Source of the DNA: Perkinsela sp. CCAP 1560/9
Taxonomy: Eukaryota > Protista > Euglenozoa: Kinetoplastea
Length of the DNA stretch: 64,000 nt
Assembly (NCBI GenBank): GCA_965644495.1
Contig: CBFFSA010000001.1
Location: 930,001-994,000, forward strand
Direction of reading: 5' to 3'
In this document: in pieces, positions 53,073 through 62,833 of the stretch
Position numbering within the stretch: the stretch's first letter is position 1
Layout of the letters: every line of letters starts with the position of its first letter
Position numbers and translations under genes: made by a program
Notes under the pieces: model-generated
What the model saw: the letters and a program-made list of their open reading frames with translations, nothing else
The model's database searches: none
Told to the model about the DNA's origin: nothing

Positions 53073-55118
53073 ATGTCAACCACAAGGCGAGTTATATTAA
53101 CAGGATTTCTTCATCCTAAAGCGCATGAACAGCGTTCGCGGTTTTTTGCTGCAGCCTCGTCATACGGTGTTGTGGAAACACTTCAGATTTTCTCAAGTGA
53201 GGGAAAGAATAGCATTCTCATTCAATTCCAAAGAACCACAAGCGCCAAACGTTTTATCGCTGATTTAGTTGAGGAACACCAGAAGAGCGGTGAATCTTTT
53301 TCTCCGCAGCAAGCCACTGTACAGTATTCTCCCCCGCATGAGGATCTCTGTTCTGAGGGTTTGCTCATATGGGGCAAATATCTTCCACTTCAGGTTTCTG
53401 AGTTGAGGAAAAAAATTAGGACTCTAGATAAGGACTTGAAGTCGGGTGAATCCATCAGTGTCCACGTTGTACACGACAGCTTTCAAGGCACACACAACAA
53501 TCAACTTCGCGAAATCATTCGCCCGGTCTTGGGAACTCCAGATAATTCGGTTTATTTTGGGCACATTCGGACAAAATCAATAGCAAAAGCCTCCGCTCTT
53601 CTTCAAGCATTTCAGCGGAATTGGGCAATTTCATTTTCGGATCACCAGTTAGCATCCTACAAAGATCCTGTTGGAATGATGTTCATCGATAATTATGTAG
53701 ATTTTAGCGCCCGATGCGATTGGACACTTTCACTTTTACGCGAATCCGACTTACATGTTGGACTAATTACTCGGGGTTATGAAGCTAGCCCTGAACTATA
53801 TCAACAACACCTTCTACGCGAACAGCAACGAACATCAACGCTACCTCGCTTAATAGATATCGGTCTCCACAGAAAGGCAGAGAATTTATCGGAGGTATCA
53901 TACCCGTTGGATTCCTTACGTGTTGAATGTGTACGGATAAAACACGACTTGAAAAATCCGTTCTCTAAGAACTATAAACGGCCTGTCAAACAATCCCATA
54001 ATGAAATCGTTTTTATAGAAATCACTGCTGTAGAGCCCGAACTTTCTGGAAAAATTGTTACAGAAACAAAGTACAAAGAGTACATGACAGTTTCACACGC
54101 CTTGGTTCCAGTAAGTACGGAAAGTTCTAGAAGCGAACGTTCAGGAGGAATGAAAAGAATGCGGAAAATGGACCAAGAAAAGGATGCGGTACGTAAGCCG
54201 CTCCATTCGAGGTACCAGTTGAATGAAACTGTATCTGCTCGCGTTGAGTCCTACGGGGTGCATGACATGGAACTCGTACCACTGCAGGGCGAACACGGGT
54301 CGGAATCAGATCTTTCTGCTCGAATACGAGTACATAGAAAAGATATTGTATCATGTTCGGAAGAAACTGAATACTATGACGATGATGACCATCGTTCAGC
54401 AAATAAGCATGGGGCGCGCCATATTTCTCCGCATTGGAGGTCACTCCATCCAATTGGTAGTATCCTTTCTGTAAGAATTCTCGCGCACTTTGAGGATGAT
54501 AAGTACTTTGCTTCGATGTCCCAGGAGGTTCAACAATCTCTTCTTCAACGAGAGCGAGCAATGATTCTTCCACTTTCGCGCGTACTAACTAAAGGCGAAA
54601 TCGTTGTCGGAATTATTATCGGAACACTGCATCTCTATCGGGACTTGCTTGTTTACGTGGGAACAGGATACAAAATAGCTGCACCGGCTAGAATGTCCAT
54701 AGCATCGGTACGAGAAGTATTCCCACAGGTACAGAACTTGTCAAGTATTTTGCCTGTAGGTCAACGAGTTGTAGTTGAAATTGATAAGTATGATGGGGGA
54801 CACGTTGAACGAGTTAATTTTGTGAGCCTTCATTTAGAAACCTCAAGCCTTTTGGAGATGAGCCAAGTATCTGCCAGTATTAGTAAAGATTACATTCCAA
54901 AGGAGCTACTCGCTTATGAGGAACGTGCTTCTCTAATGGATAACACAATAGAAAAAGATTCTTCAAAAGAAATAGCTTCGTTCGACAAAGGCGTCAAATC
55001 CACCGATCTTTCGGAGAGGGAGGAAGAGCTTCGTGACATCTTGGAGTGTCTTGATGCGATTTCAGATGTAGATTCTGTGGAGAATGATACACACGAACTT
55101 TCTAAAGGACTGTTTTAG
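53073..55118 (+). CDS. Putative RNA-binding protein (RRM-like N-terminus, S1/OB-like repeats)
   Basis: VILTGF..YGVVE..ILIQF; LNETVSARVE, IGSILSVRIL, GEIVVGII, VGQRVVVEI. Confidence 0.55.
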   Translation: MSTTRRVILTGFLHPKAHEQRSRFFAAASSYGVVETLQIFSSEGKNSILIQFQRTTSAKRFIADLVEEHQKSGESFSPQQATVQYSPPHEDLCSEGLLIWGKYLPLQVSELRKKIRTLDKDLKSGESISVHVVHDSFQGTHNNQLREIIRPVLGTPDNSVYFGHIRTKSIAKASALLQAFQRNWAISFSDHQLASYKDPVGMMFIDNYVDFSARCDWTLSLLRESDLHVGLITRGYEASPELYQQHLLREQQRTSTLPRLIDIGLHRKAENLSEVSYPLDSLRVECVRIKHDLKNPFSKNYKRPVKQSHNEIVFIEITAVEPELSGKIVTETKYKEYMTVSHALVPVSTESSRSERSGGMKRMRKMDQEKDAVRKPLHSRYQLNETVSARVESYGVHDMELVPLQGEHGSESDLSARIRVHRKDIVSCSEETEYYDDDDHRSANKHGARHISPHWRSLHPIGSILSVRILAHFEDDKYFASMSQEVQQSLLQRERAMILPLSRVLTKGEIVVGIIIGTLHLYRDLLVYVGTGYKIAAPARMSIASVREVFPQVQNLSSILPVGQRVVVEIDKYDGGHVERVNFVSLHLETSSLLEMSQVSASISKDYIPKELLAYEERASLMDNTIEKDSSKEIASFDKGVKSTDLSEREEELRDILECLDAISDVDSVENDTHELSKGLF

Positions 55119-55385
55119 AGAAAATACTTTTGTGTGGTGTTGGCGTCGCCTCGGTTACGTTTTTGCTGAAAAAACACGTTACGCAATATTTAGTATTGGT
55201 ATTTATGACTTGTTTTGGCCGCGCTCCCTTTATTTTTGCTTCCCTTTATCTTATTTAAAGTATGTTTGTGCATGGCCATTTTACTCTTCACATTTTCTCG
55301 ACAGACTATAATCCTTAATTTAATATCTTTGAATTGAATCTATCTTTGAATTCCCCTTTTTTACTTTTTTTATCAGACTGCTCGA

Positions 55386-55679
55386 ATGGCTGAGGATACT
55401 CTTTCGAGTTCACCACAAATGTGGAACAGTATTGTTGATCATTTTCGTACACGACATAAGCTGGTTTCTTTTCATGCGGAAACGCAAGATGTAATAGACA
55501 AGTGGTTAGATGTGAAAACTTTTCTGTTGGATCGTTGGTTTGTTCCCTACTGGACACCTTTGTTTATGGGATTGACCTTCTTTTCACAAAGGAATCGCAA
55601 TTTATTTTTGCTCGAAAATAATCTCAATTATCGACCTTGGAAATTTCGCTACGATGACAATGATGGAAACAAATATTAG
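55386..55679 (+). CDS. ATPEG3: Euglenozoan mitochondrial ATP synthase subunit ATPEG3-like
   Basis: DHFR...HAE.Q..D.WL.VK...W..P.W.PLF...SQR.RNLFL.EN.L.YRP.KFR matches my recollection of T. brucei ATPEG3. Confidence 0.75.
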   Translation: MAEDTLSSSPQMWNSIVDHFRTRHKLVSFHAETQDVIDKWLDVKTFLLDRWFVPYWTPLFMGLTFFSQRNRNLFLLENNLNYRPWKFRYDDNDGNKY

Positions 55680-56030
55680 GAGTCAACGGTTAAAGACTAA
55701 TGAGGCGCCGTAGAGTTGTAATCTTTTCTTCGAATCAAAATGGGGAGAAATCGGCATGATACTTGTACAGTATAATACTCGTATTAGGTTATTTTCTTAT
55801 TGTGTATGCATGGATTTTCATATTATTCATGCTCTTACATGAGACGTAGTGCTTCGACATCGCCATAAACTTTAAGGATCCTAAAGAATTTGTTCTTTAG
55901 AGTTTCACTGTTTATCTCCATTCACATTATTTCAGATTGTCCTAATAAAAATTATCCTCTTTATTATCCGAAACAAATATTTATTCATTCTTAAAAAATA
56001 ATCTATTTTTATCCTAATTATCTAGCCTAT

Positions 56031-56693
56031 ATGCATCGTTTGCTTTTCTGTGGGCGTTCTCTCCGCGTTTCCTCATCTTCCACACCTATTTTCCTCGTCT
56101 CCGAACGCCATCCTCCGCTCCTTTCCCACTCCCGACAAGCCTTCCTCAGCTCCCTCTACCCCCCATCCGAGCCCGCTGCCTCCGACAAAGCCACCATCAC
56201 TGAAATCACAGAATACCTCTATGACAAGGGCATTGACTTCTCTGACTGCCCCGACGCCAGGAGCTTACGAGCACGATATGCCGCCGTACGCGAGGGTTCC
56301 TATGTCAACCCGAAGCAAGCTAAAAAACGAACCGAGCTTGGGAGTCTACGGGAGCAGCACATGCCCTCGAGTGTGGCCTCTTCGGCATCTGCTGCATCCT
56401 CTGTACCCTTGACGGGAGGTTCCCTTCCCTCTAGTGGTCGCTGCTACTCCAGCGAGTATGATGGCACCGCAATCACCCCGGACCCGTACCCCACGATGCC
56501 TCGCTACGCCGTGGCTCCGTGGAAATACATCTGGGAGGTGAAGGAGGAGCTGTGCCGGCAGCAAGGGTACGAGCCCTCCCAGATGGAATTGCTGGCCGGG
56601 GATAAGGTGCTGGAGGATTTTCGAAAAGTTCTGGATTACCCTGACCTACAGCGTGGAGCGCCGGTACAGATGCGGAGCCGGGCGAGGAGATAG
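56031..56693 (+). CDS. Mitochondrial-type protein: SAP-like GIDFSDC motif plus C-terminal ubiquitin-like domain, paralog A
   Basis: ITEYLYDKGIDFSDCPDARSLRARY; KYIWEVKEELC..QG..PSQMELLAGDKVLED. Confidence 0.7.
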   Translation: MHRLLFCGRSLRVSSSSTPIFLVSERHPPLLSHSRQAFLSSLYPPSEPAASDKATITEITEYLYDKGIDFSDCPDARSLRARYAAVREGSYVNPKQAKKRTELGSLREQHMPSSVASSASAASSVPLTGGSLPSSGRCYSSEYDGTAITPDPYPTMPRYAVAPWKYIWEVKEELCRQQGYEPSQMELLAGDKVLEDFRKVLDYPDLQRGAPVQMRSRARR

Positions 56694-56742
56694 GTAAGGG
56701 GGGATTGCAAAAAAATAATGTCTTCATAATTTCATATAGTTA

Positions 56743-56779
56743 TATATGAAATATAGATATAATATCTATATTTCATATA
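56743..56779. repeat. Perfect AT-rich palindrome, 18-bp arms, 1-nt loop
   Basis: TATATGAAATATAGATAT-A-ATATCTATATTTCATATA. Confidence 0.9.
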
Positions 56780-56912
56780 GACGAGTATTTGGTTTTTGCA
56801 TGGTTGACGGCTAAGCTTATCGTTTTTGAAAGGGATAACGTCGTCTTAGCGCGTACCTTTAGTGCAAAATAATAGCATTTGTTTTGTGATTTGATCTCCT
56901 TTGAAACTCATT

Positions 56913-58094
56913 ATGTTGCGTGCAGATTCTTTGTTTAAATCTATGGCTCGTTCGCCATTCAAACGTTCTGTAATGGACCGTCGCGCTACAAATACCAACA
57001 TGTGCTTTCCCGTATTAGTCACGGGGGTTCGTTCCTACGCTGCAGTTGATCCAAGTGGTCGTATGACCCGAGAAACACTCCTCAAAGCTGCGGAAGAGTT
57101 TAAGGGACAATCTCTTGATCTACGTGATATGTGCAGTGCCGCTCGTGTAGTCAAGCAAGAGGCAGTTGATATAGCACAACAGAATCAACGCGAGCTTCTA
57201 TCGTCCGATACACTAAAACAGAAATGGGACACGCTCCTGTCAAAAATAAAGGCATATTGTGTTCGCGTTGGTACTGTTCAGGGGGAAGCTGCTTCACTTC
57301 ATGACGACATTCAACAATTTTTAAAGATGAAAGAACCTGAAGAGAGTTCATCTACAAGTGTCAAAGACAAACCAGCTGCTTCAGTTGAAACTCCCCGCAT
57401 CGTACGACAAGAAGTCAGGGAATTCACTTGTACAACAAGTAGCCCGGAAGACGGTACTCCAATAAGCGCGGAAGTGATTTCTGAAACAGAGATTGTGATC
57501 GAATCAAGTCCCGATTCTCAACAAAAGGAATGCGAAAACAATGCAGAAGACTCCACCCCCGTTTCCGAGATCACACAATACCTTCATGAAAATGGTGTTG
57601 ACTTCTCTGACTGTTTCAACGCCGAAAGTCTTCGCGCGCGTTATCGAGATGTAAAGTCGGGAGCCTACAGACCGGTACAAAAACAAAAGGAAACCGATGC
57701 AGCCGCCCGACGTCGCGAGCTTGAAGCTAAGGAAGAACGGCAAAGACAGCGCCAAGAAAGTTCTCGTTCCTCCACAAACACACAACAGAATCAGTCCTCC
57801 TCACAACACTCCAGTCAGAATATGAACTATGGCGGGTCGCCCAGTGGTGGACTAATGGCTGACCCGTACCCAGGGGCGGAGCGTCGTATGTGCGACCCGA
57901 TGAAGTACGTGTGGGAAGTCAAGCGAGAGATTTGTGCCGGGAAGTCTGTCAATCCGGAGCAGATGGACATCTGGGTCGGAGGTACGAAGCTCGAAGATCA
58001 CCGCAGAATTCATGAGTACCCTCAAGTGCAATACAGTCCGATGGAATTTCGTGTAAAAGGTGATCAAGGTTTTCAGCAAAAGACGCTGCGCTAG
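56913..58094 (+). CDS. Paralog B of 56031 with an added N-terminal coiled-coil region
   Basis: ITQYLHENGVDFSDCFNAESLRARY; DPYP; KYVWEVKREIC..NPEQMDIWVGGTKLED. Confidence 0.7.
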   Translation: MLRADSLFKSMARSPFKRSVMDRRATNTNMCFPVLVTGVRSYAAVDPSGRMTRETLLKAAEEFKGQSLDLRDMCSAARVVKQEAVDIAQQNQRELLSSDTLKQKWDTLLSKIKAYCVRVGTVQGEAASLHDDIQQFLKMKEPEESSSTSVKDKPAASVETPRIVRQEVREFTCTTSSPEDGTPISAEVISETEIVIESSPDSQQKECENNAEDSTPVSEITQYLHENGVDFSDCFNAESLRARYRDVKSGAYRPVQKQKETDAAARRRELEAKEERQRQRQESSRSSTNTQQNQSSSQHSSQNMNYGGSPSGGLMADPYPGAERRMCDPMKYVWEVKREICAGKSVNPEQMDIWVGGTKLEDHRRIHEYPQVQYSPMEFRVKGDQGFQQKTLR

Positions 58095-58424
58095 GTTTTC
58101 ACTAATCGAATGAAAAGTTCGTTGAAGGCACAGCGAGTGAATAAGCAAATTGAGAAAATGTCTTGACCAGAATTGTGGCTATGCCAACAGATTTTGCTAC
58201 CAATTCTTTGCTTGTTTTCATTAACAGAAGTACCATGAAATGTGAACGCCGTATTAATAATACAGTATATACAAAATTCTTTGTGATCAAAATAATAATT
58301 TTGTATCGCGAAATCTTCCTGAAAGGAAAAACTCTTCCTTTGGCGTCGAACGTATATTAAAATTCTTGTGATTTTCCATCTCATTTCCTTCCCTAGTTTA
58401 AGTCATACAGCTTTACTTTTCTCC

Positions 58425-60581
58425 ATGGGGCTCCTGTCACGTCTGGGTGCACCCATCAAGTGGACTGATGCTCGCCGCCCGGCGGCGAACCAGTACGTAC
58501 TCCAACAAGGTATTGCTCAGGTGCTTGAAATCTTTTGCAACAACCGTGATCGTGACAAGGACCCTTTTTTGTGGGGCGACGAGCTCGAATACCTTATAAC
58601 GCACCGACAGTCGGCCACAGGCGCATCCAACCAGAAACCACGCTACACGCTGAGTCTACGTGCTGCGAATCTGGTCGACACGCTACAGCCTCTGGAGGAA
58701 CGCGATCAAGTGGGACACTGGCTTCCCGAGTACGCCAGCTTTATGATGGAAAGCACCCCGATGCGTCCGTACAACGACACCCTTCTCTCTCTGCGCTCCG
58801 TGGAGGGGAACATGCAGCAGCGCTACGAATACCTTCGGAACCGGTTGCGGCCAACCGACGACGTTCCGTTACTTCTGAGTACGTTTCCACTACTCGGGGT
58901 GGGATCTTTTACTGATCCTCCCGTTGAGCTGGACCCCTCGACCAACACACACTCCGGAAGTCTCTTTATCCCCGACGCCTGTATCAACCCCCACCCACGG
59001 TTTCTCACCCTCACCCAAAACATCCGCCTTCGCCGCCGACGAAAAGTCTGCATCCAAATCCCTCTACTCCTCGAACCCCGCACACAAATCGACCCCGTAC
59101 GCAACATTGACCTCGACCCGCGAAACCAACACATTGGGGCAGAGGTCGCCTCCCCGGAATCCTCCCTCACCACGAACGCCCAGGACGCCCCTCCTGCCGC
59201 CCAGGCCCCTCCCCGGACCCCCTCCCCCCCCTCCCCCCTCCCCGCGCTCCAAGTCTCCCCCGCCTTCACCCAGTACTACTACCCCCAGTACTACGGCAAC
59301 ATTGCCGGGGTGCGGCACCGGTACGACGGGGACCCGAGCCAACCCGCCACAACACATCCCAACGGCACCCCCACCCTCCCCCCCGTCTCCCACCCCGGGG
59401 TCTACATGGACTGCATGGCCTTCGGCATGGGCTGCTGCTGCCTGCAGGTCACCCTGCAGCTGCGCCACATCGAGGAGGCCCGGCACGTGTACGACCAGCT
59501 CGCGGTGCTGTGCCCCGTGATGCTCGCCCTCACCGCGGCCACCGCCGTGCAGAAAGGGCTGCTCACCGACAGCGACGTGCGGTGGATGACGATCAGTGCC
59601 TCCGTGGATGACCGCGTGGATGAGGAGGTCCCGCGGATTCCCAAGTCGCGGTACGACAGTATCAGTTCGTTTATTGGCCAGCGCTCCCCGGATTTGGGGA
59701 GGTATAATGACTGTCCGTTGCAGGTGGATGCGCGTGCGCTGCAGGCGTTGATGAAAGCTGGGGTGGATGAGGTACTGGCGCGTCACATTGCGCACTTGTT
59801 TATACGGGATCCGTTGGTGGTGTATGATGGTGCATTGGGATCGGAGGATTGTAATTCCTCGCACATCCCGAGCAGTGATCACTTTGAAAATATTCAAAGC
59901 ACCAACTGGCAAACCGTGCGTTTTAAGCCTCCCCCTGCGGGACGTCCGGATATTGGCTGGCGGGTGGAGTTCCGTGTGATGGAAGTATCGATGAGTACGT
60001 TTGAGAACGCTGCTTTTGCTGTGTTTGTCGTTCTCTTTGCACGAGCAATAGTGATGTATAATTTGCATTGCTATGTCCCACTGAGCGTGGTAGAGATTAA
60101 CTTAGCCAAGGCGCACCGTAGAGACGCCGTTCGCGAGCGCAGTTTCCGCTGGCGGGTAAACATCGAAGATGACGGAGAGGCTGTGATTCAACCACTTCTT
60201 ATCAAAGAAATTATTTGCGGTACCGAAGATGGCTCTTTTAAAGGCATAGCGCACTACGTTGAGCGCGTTGTACACGATACCTTGGAAAATCAACCTGTCA
60301 CTTCCAAACTGGAATCGCACGAAAAAAGTGCGGAAACTCTCCTTCGTTACGTAGAATTCGTACGTCGAAAAGCAAATGGGGAATTGAAAACTACTGCTGC
60401 ATTCATGAGAGAGTTTGTAAGAGGGCACCATTCGTACCAGAATGACTCTCGTGTCACACCTCAGATCGCCTCCGACTGGCTCGAACTTGCTTCTGGCATG
60501 GCGTCGCGGCTCAGTTTTCCTGAGTCGTTAGTCTCGTCAGACTTACTGTCGGGAAGCAAACGAAATGCGACGAGAAAATAA
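58425..60581 (+). CDS. GSH1: Gamma-glutamylcysteine synthetase (glutamate-cysteine ligase)
   Basis: MGLL, WGDELEY, PEYASFMMESTP, HPRF.TLT.NIR.RR, YMDCMAFGMGCCCLQVT, KSRYDS, FENIQSTNWQTVRFKPP, GWRVEFR. Confidence 0.97.
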   Translation: MGLLSRLGAPIKWTDARRPAANQYVLQQGIAQVLEIFCNNRDRDKDPFLWGDELEYLITHRQSATGASNQKPRYTLSLRAANLVDTLQPLEERDQVGHWLPEYASFMMESTPMRPYNDTLLSLRSVEGNMQQRYEYLRNRLRPTDDVPLLLSTFPLLGVGSFTDPPVELDPSTNTHSGSLFIPDACINPHPRFLTLTQNIRLRRRRKVCIQIPLLLEPRTQIDPVRNIDLDPRNQHIGAEVASPESSLTTNAQDAPPAAQAPPRTPSPPSPLPALQVSPAFTQYYYPQYYGNIAGVRHRYDGDPSQPATTHPNGTPTLPPVSHPGVYMDCMAFGMGCCCLQVTLQLRHIEEARHVYDQLAVLCPVMLALTAATAVQKGLLTDSDVRWMTISASVDDRVDEEVPRIPKSRYDSISSFIGQRSPDLGRYNDCPLQVDARALQALMKAGVDEVLARHIAHLFIRDPLVVYDGALGSEDCNSSHIPSSDHFENIQSTNWQTVRFKPPPAGRPDIGWRVEFRVMEVSMSTFENAAFAVFVVLFARAIVMYNLHCYVPLSVVEINLAKAHRRDAVRERSFRWRVNIEDDGEAVIQPLLIKEIICGTEDGSFKGIAHYVERVVHDTLENQPVTSKLESHEKSAETLLRYVEFVRRKANGELKTTAAFMREFVRGHHSYQNDSRVTPQIASDWLELASGMASRLSFPESLVSSDLLSGSKRNATRK

Positions 60582-60879
60582 TACTACGAACGGGTGAAAT
60601 TATGTGTCGCGGCTCGCACAAAGTACATAGCATGGTGATAGCGCAGCAATACGTCTTATTCGTGTTGCGCAAAATCATATTACAAACATCATCCACTGTA
60701 TACCATTGCAGCATCGTCAATTGTGCTATACATGTAAATCATACGGATCATGTATGTCCCACGAATCTCGGTCATATTAAATTTACTTTGACAAATATTC
60801 TCTTCATTCTCTTTTAAATTTTGTTTCTCGTTTTATACATTAAGTTTTTCGTACATTGTTTATTGATCTCACCCCCATA

Positions 60880-61206
60880 ATGTTCAAGTTTAAAAATCAT
60901 GAAAAAAATGTTGCGTACTGCACCCGATGTGGTTCTGATGGACATACTCATCTTGAGTGCAGGCGTGATATTAAGTGTCATCGTTGTCACCAAATAGGTC
61001 ACTTTGCAAAGGATTGTCTCTTATTCCCAACACAGATTAATCACAGCGCTTCAGAGGCAAGGCGACACGACCGGTATTATGCCAAGGGAACAGCTGCACT
61101 TCATCGAGGTTTAGAAACCACCGAGAGAATACATGTAGAAGAGCAGCAGGACGCAAATGCCGGGAGCATAACTAACTCTCAATCAAATGATAATAGTCTT
61201 TCATAA
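60880..61206 (+). CDS. Small protein with two CCHC zinc knuckles
   Basis: CTRCGSDGHTHLEC and CHRCHQIGHFAKDC (CX2CX4HX4C). Confidence 0.75.
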   Translation: MFKFKNHEKNVAYCTRCGSDGHTHLECRRDIKCHRCHQIGHFAKDCLLFPTQINHSASEARRHDRYYAKGTAALHRGLETTERIHVEEQQDANAGSITNSQSNDNSLS

Positions 61207-61792
61207 GTAGGCTTCCGGTGGGCCTAGGGGGGTACTTTCATAAAGCTTTGGTTAATTGTTTTTTTTTTCTAGTGCTTCGACGTCACAACTGGCCTGACAG
61301 AGCGGCTGAGCTGCATTCTCTTCGTGATCAAGAGCATGTCAGGATCTTGCGGTTTCATCCGTGTAACTGGTCTTAGCCACCTGTGCCGAATTATGTAGAG
61401 TGGTTGCGAGAGTTTTGTATTCTAGTTCATACATGATGGAATAAACGATATAGTTCCACTACTTCGCTAAATAACTAAAGTGATCTAGAAAGCGTTCTTG
61501 CTTGAAACCCTACGGACTAATATGCCGTAGTGGTCATGTAGTCTACCACGTAGTCTACGTGGTATAAGGAAATGTATAAGGAAGAAAGCACAAGAACTAA
61601 TATGTATAGCGAATATCAGGAAACGCCTTGGTCCGAAATTTCGTTTCGCAGTAGAATCTAACTAAATTATATCAGATCCGCAGAATAGAGTAAACTAGGG
61701 TAAGGTACCTGCGACTTGCTTTGTAATCGTATTTCCTGCCGCATGTTCTTTTTGAATACATCTTCAATATAGTTCGTATACTTTATTAAATA

Positions 61793-62548
61793 ATGTTTCA
61801 AACATTGGTTCTGTACACTAGAGAAGAAGCAAAAGGTACTCGGCCTAAGAAGATTAGAGGTATCCCGCTTCCGGCCGAGTACGACCTCTCTCGTTTCTTT
61901 CAGGAGATAATTAACCCGGAAGCTGGGTGGTCCGTTAAGACTCCGGCATGCTCTTGGTTTGGAATTGCTTGTTCTTCCTTAGAGGAAGTAACCCACATTA
62001 CTGTGTCGGCATTGTCTCGTGGAAAGGAACTCAAGGGTTCGATAAATTGGTCTTATCTACCACACTCTGTACGTGTACTACATCTCCAAAATAATGCTCT
62101 AACGGGTGGGATAAATCTTGGATCTCTTCCCTCGTCGCTGAGTGAGATTTCTTTGATGCGCAATCAGTTCTCTGGATCTCTTGATTTAGTTTCTCCACCT
62201 ATTCCAGGTGCTCTAATTACTATCTCCGTCGTTGAGAATCGTTTATCGGGGAGTGTTAACCTTGCAGAGCTTCCTCCCAAACTTGTTTCCCTCGCGCTGG
62301 CATGCAATAGTTTTACTGGTAGTCTCGAGCTAACGCGGTTGCCTCCTACTTTACTAGATATTTTTCTTCACGTAAACCAATTCTCGGGCGAGGTCGACCT
62401 TTCTCATTTGCCTGGGAGTCTAAGGTGGATCGATTTAAGCAGGAATAAAGAGCTTTGCGGATTAGTATATCTCGGGGAACTTCCGGGATCTCTTCGGGCA
62501 AGTTACTGGTCTGAGACTATGATACAAGACGTATGGGGGAAAGAATAA
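61793..62548 (+). CDS. Leucine-rich repeat protein (same family as 4531 and 44229)
   Basis: PAEYDLSRFFQEI...WSVKTPACSWFGIAC cap plus LRRs. Confidence 0.9.
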   Translation: MFQTLVLYTREEAKGTRPKKIRGIPLPAEYDLSRFFQEIINPEAGWSVKTPACSWFGIACSSLEEVTHITVSALSRGKELKGSINWSYLPHSVRVLHLQNNALTGGINLGSLPSSLSEISLMRNQFSGSLDLVSPPIPGALITISVVENRLSGSVNLAELPPKLVSLALACNSFTGSLELTRLPPTLLDIFLHVNQFSGEVDLSHLPGSLRWIDLSRNKELCGLVYLGELPGSLRASYWSETMIQDVWGKE

Positions 62549-62833
62549 TGAACAGAGAGTTCACTTCACAAGTCGAGGGATCTTACTTGTTTTTTAACGT
62601 CGTGGTTTCTTTTAATGACCTTGCTCAAGAACATGGAGAGCATTCGGTTCCGAGTCATTGTAGATAGATTTTATACACATTGTATATACTTTTAAGAAAT
62701 TTTACCACTCTGGGTGTCAAGGACTCTTATTAATGAAGTAAAGAAATTTATAACATAAATTTTGACCCACAAAGTAAGTCAGTACACCGACAACAATTTG
62801 GAACACAAAGTAACGATAACGACAGTAACTTTT

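Noticed and set aside
59064-60068. 334-aa minus-strand ORF and overlapping Pro-rich + frames
   Set aside because: Shadows of gamma-GCS in a GC-rich skew island
61544-61564. 10-bp-arm palindrome TACCACGTAG-T-CTACGTGGTA, and short tandem duplications at about 16293 and 34092
   Set aside because: Short and isolated, with no supporting context
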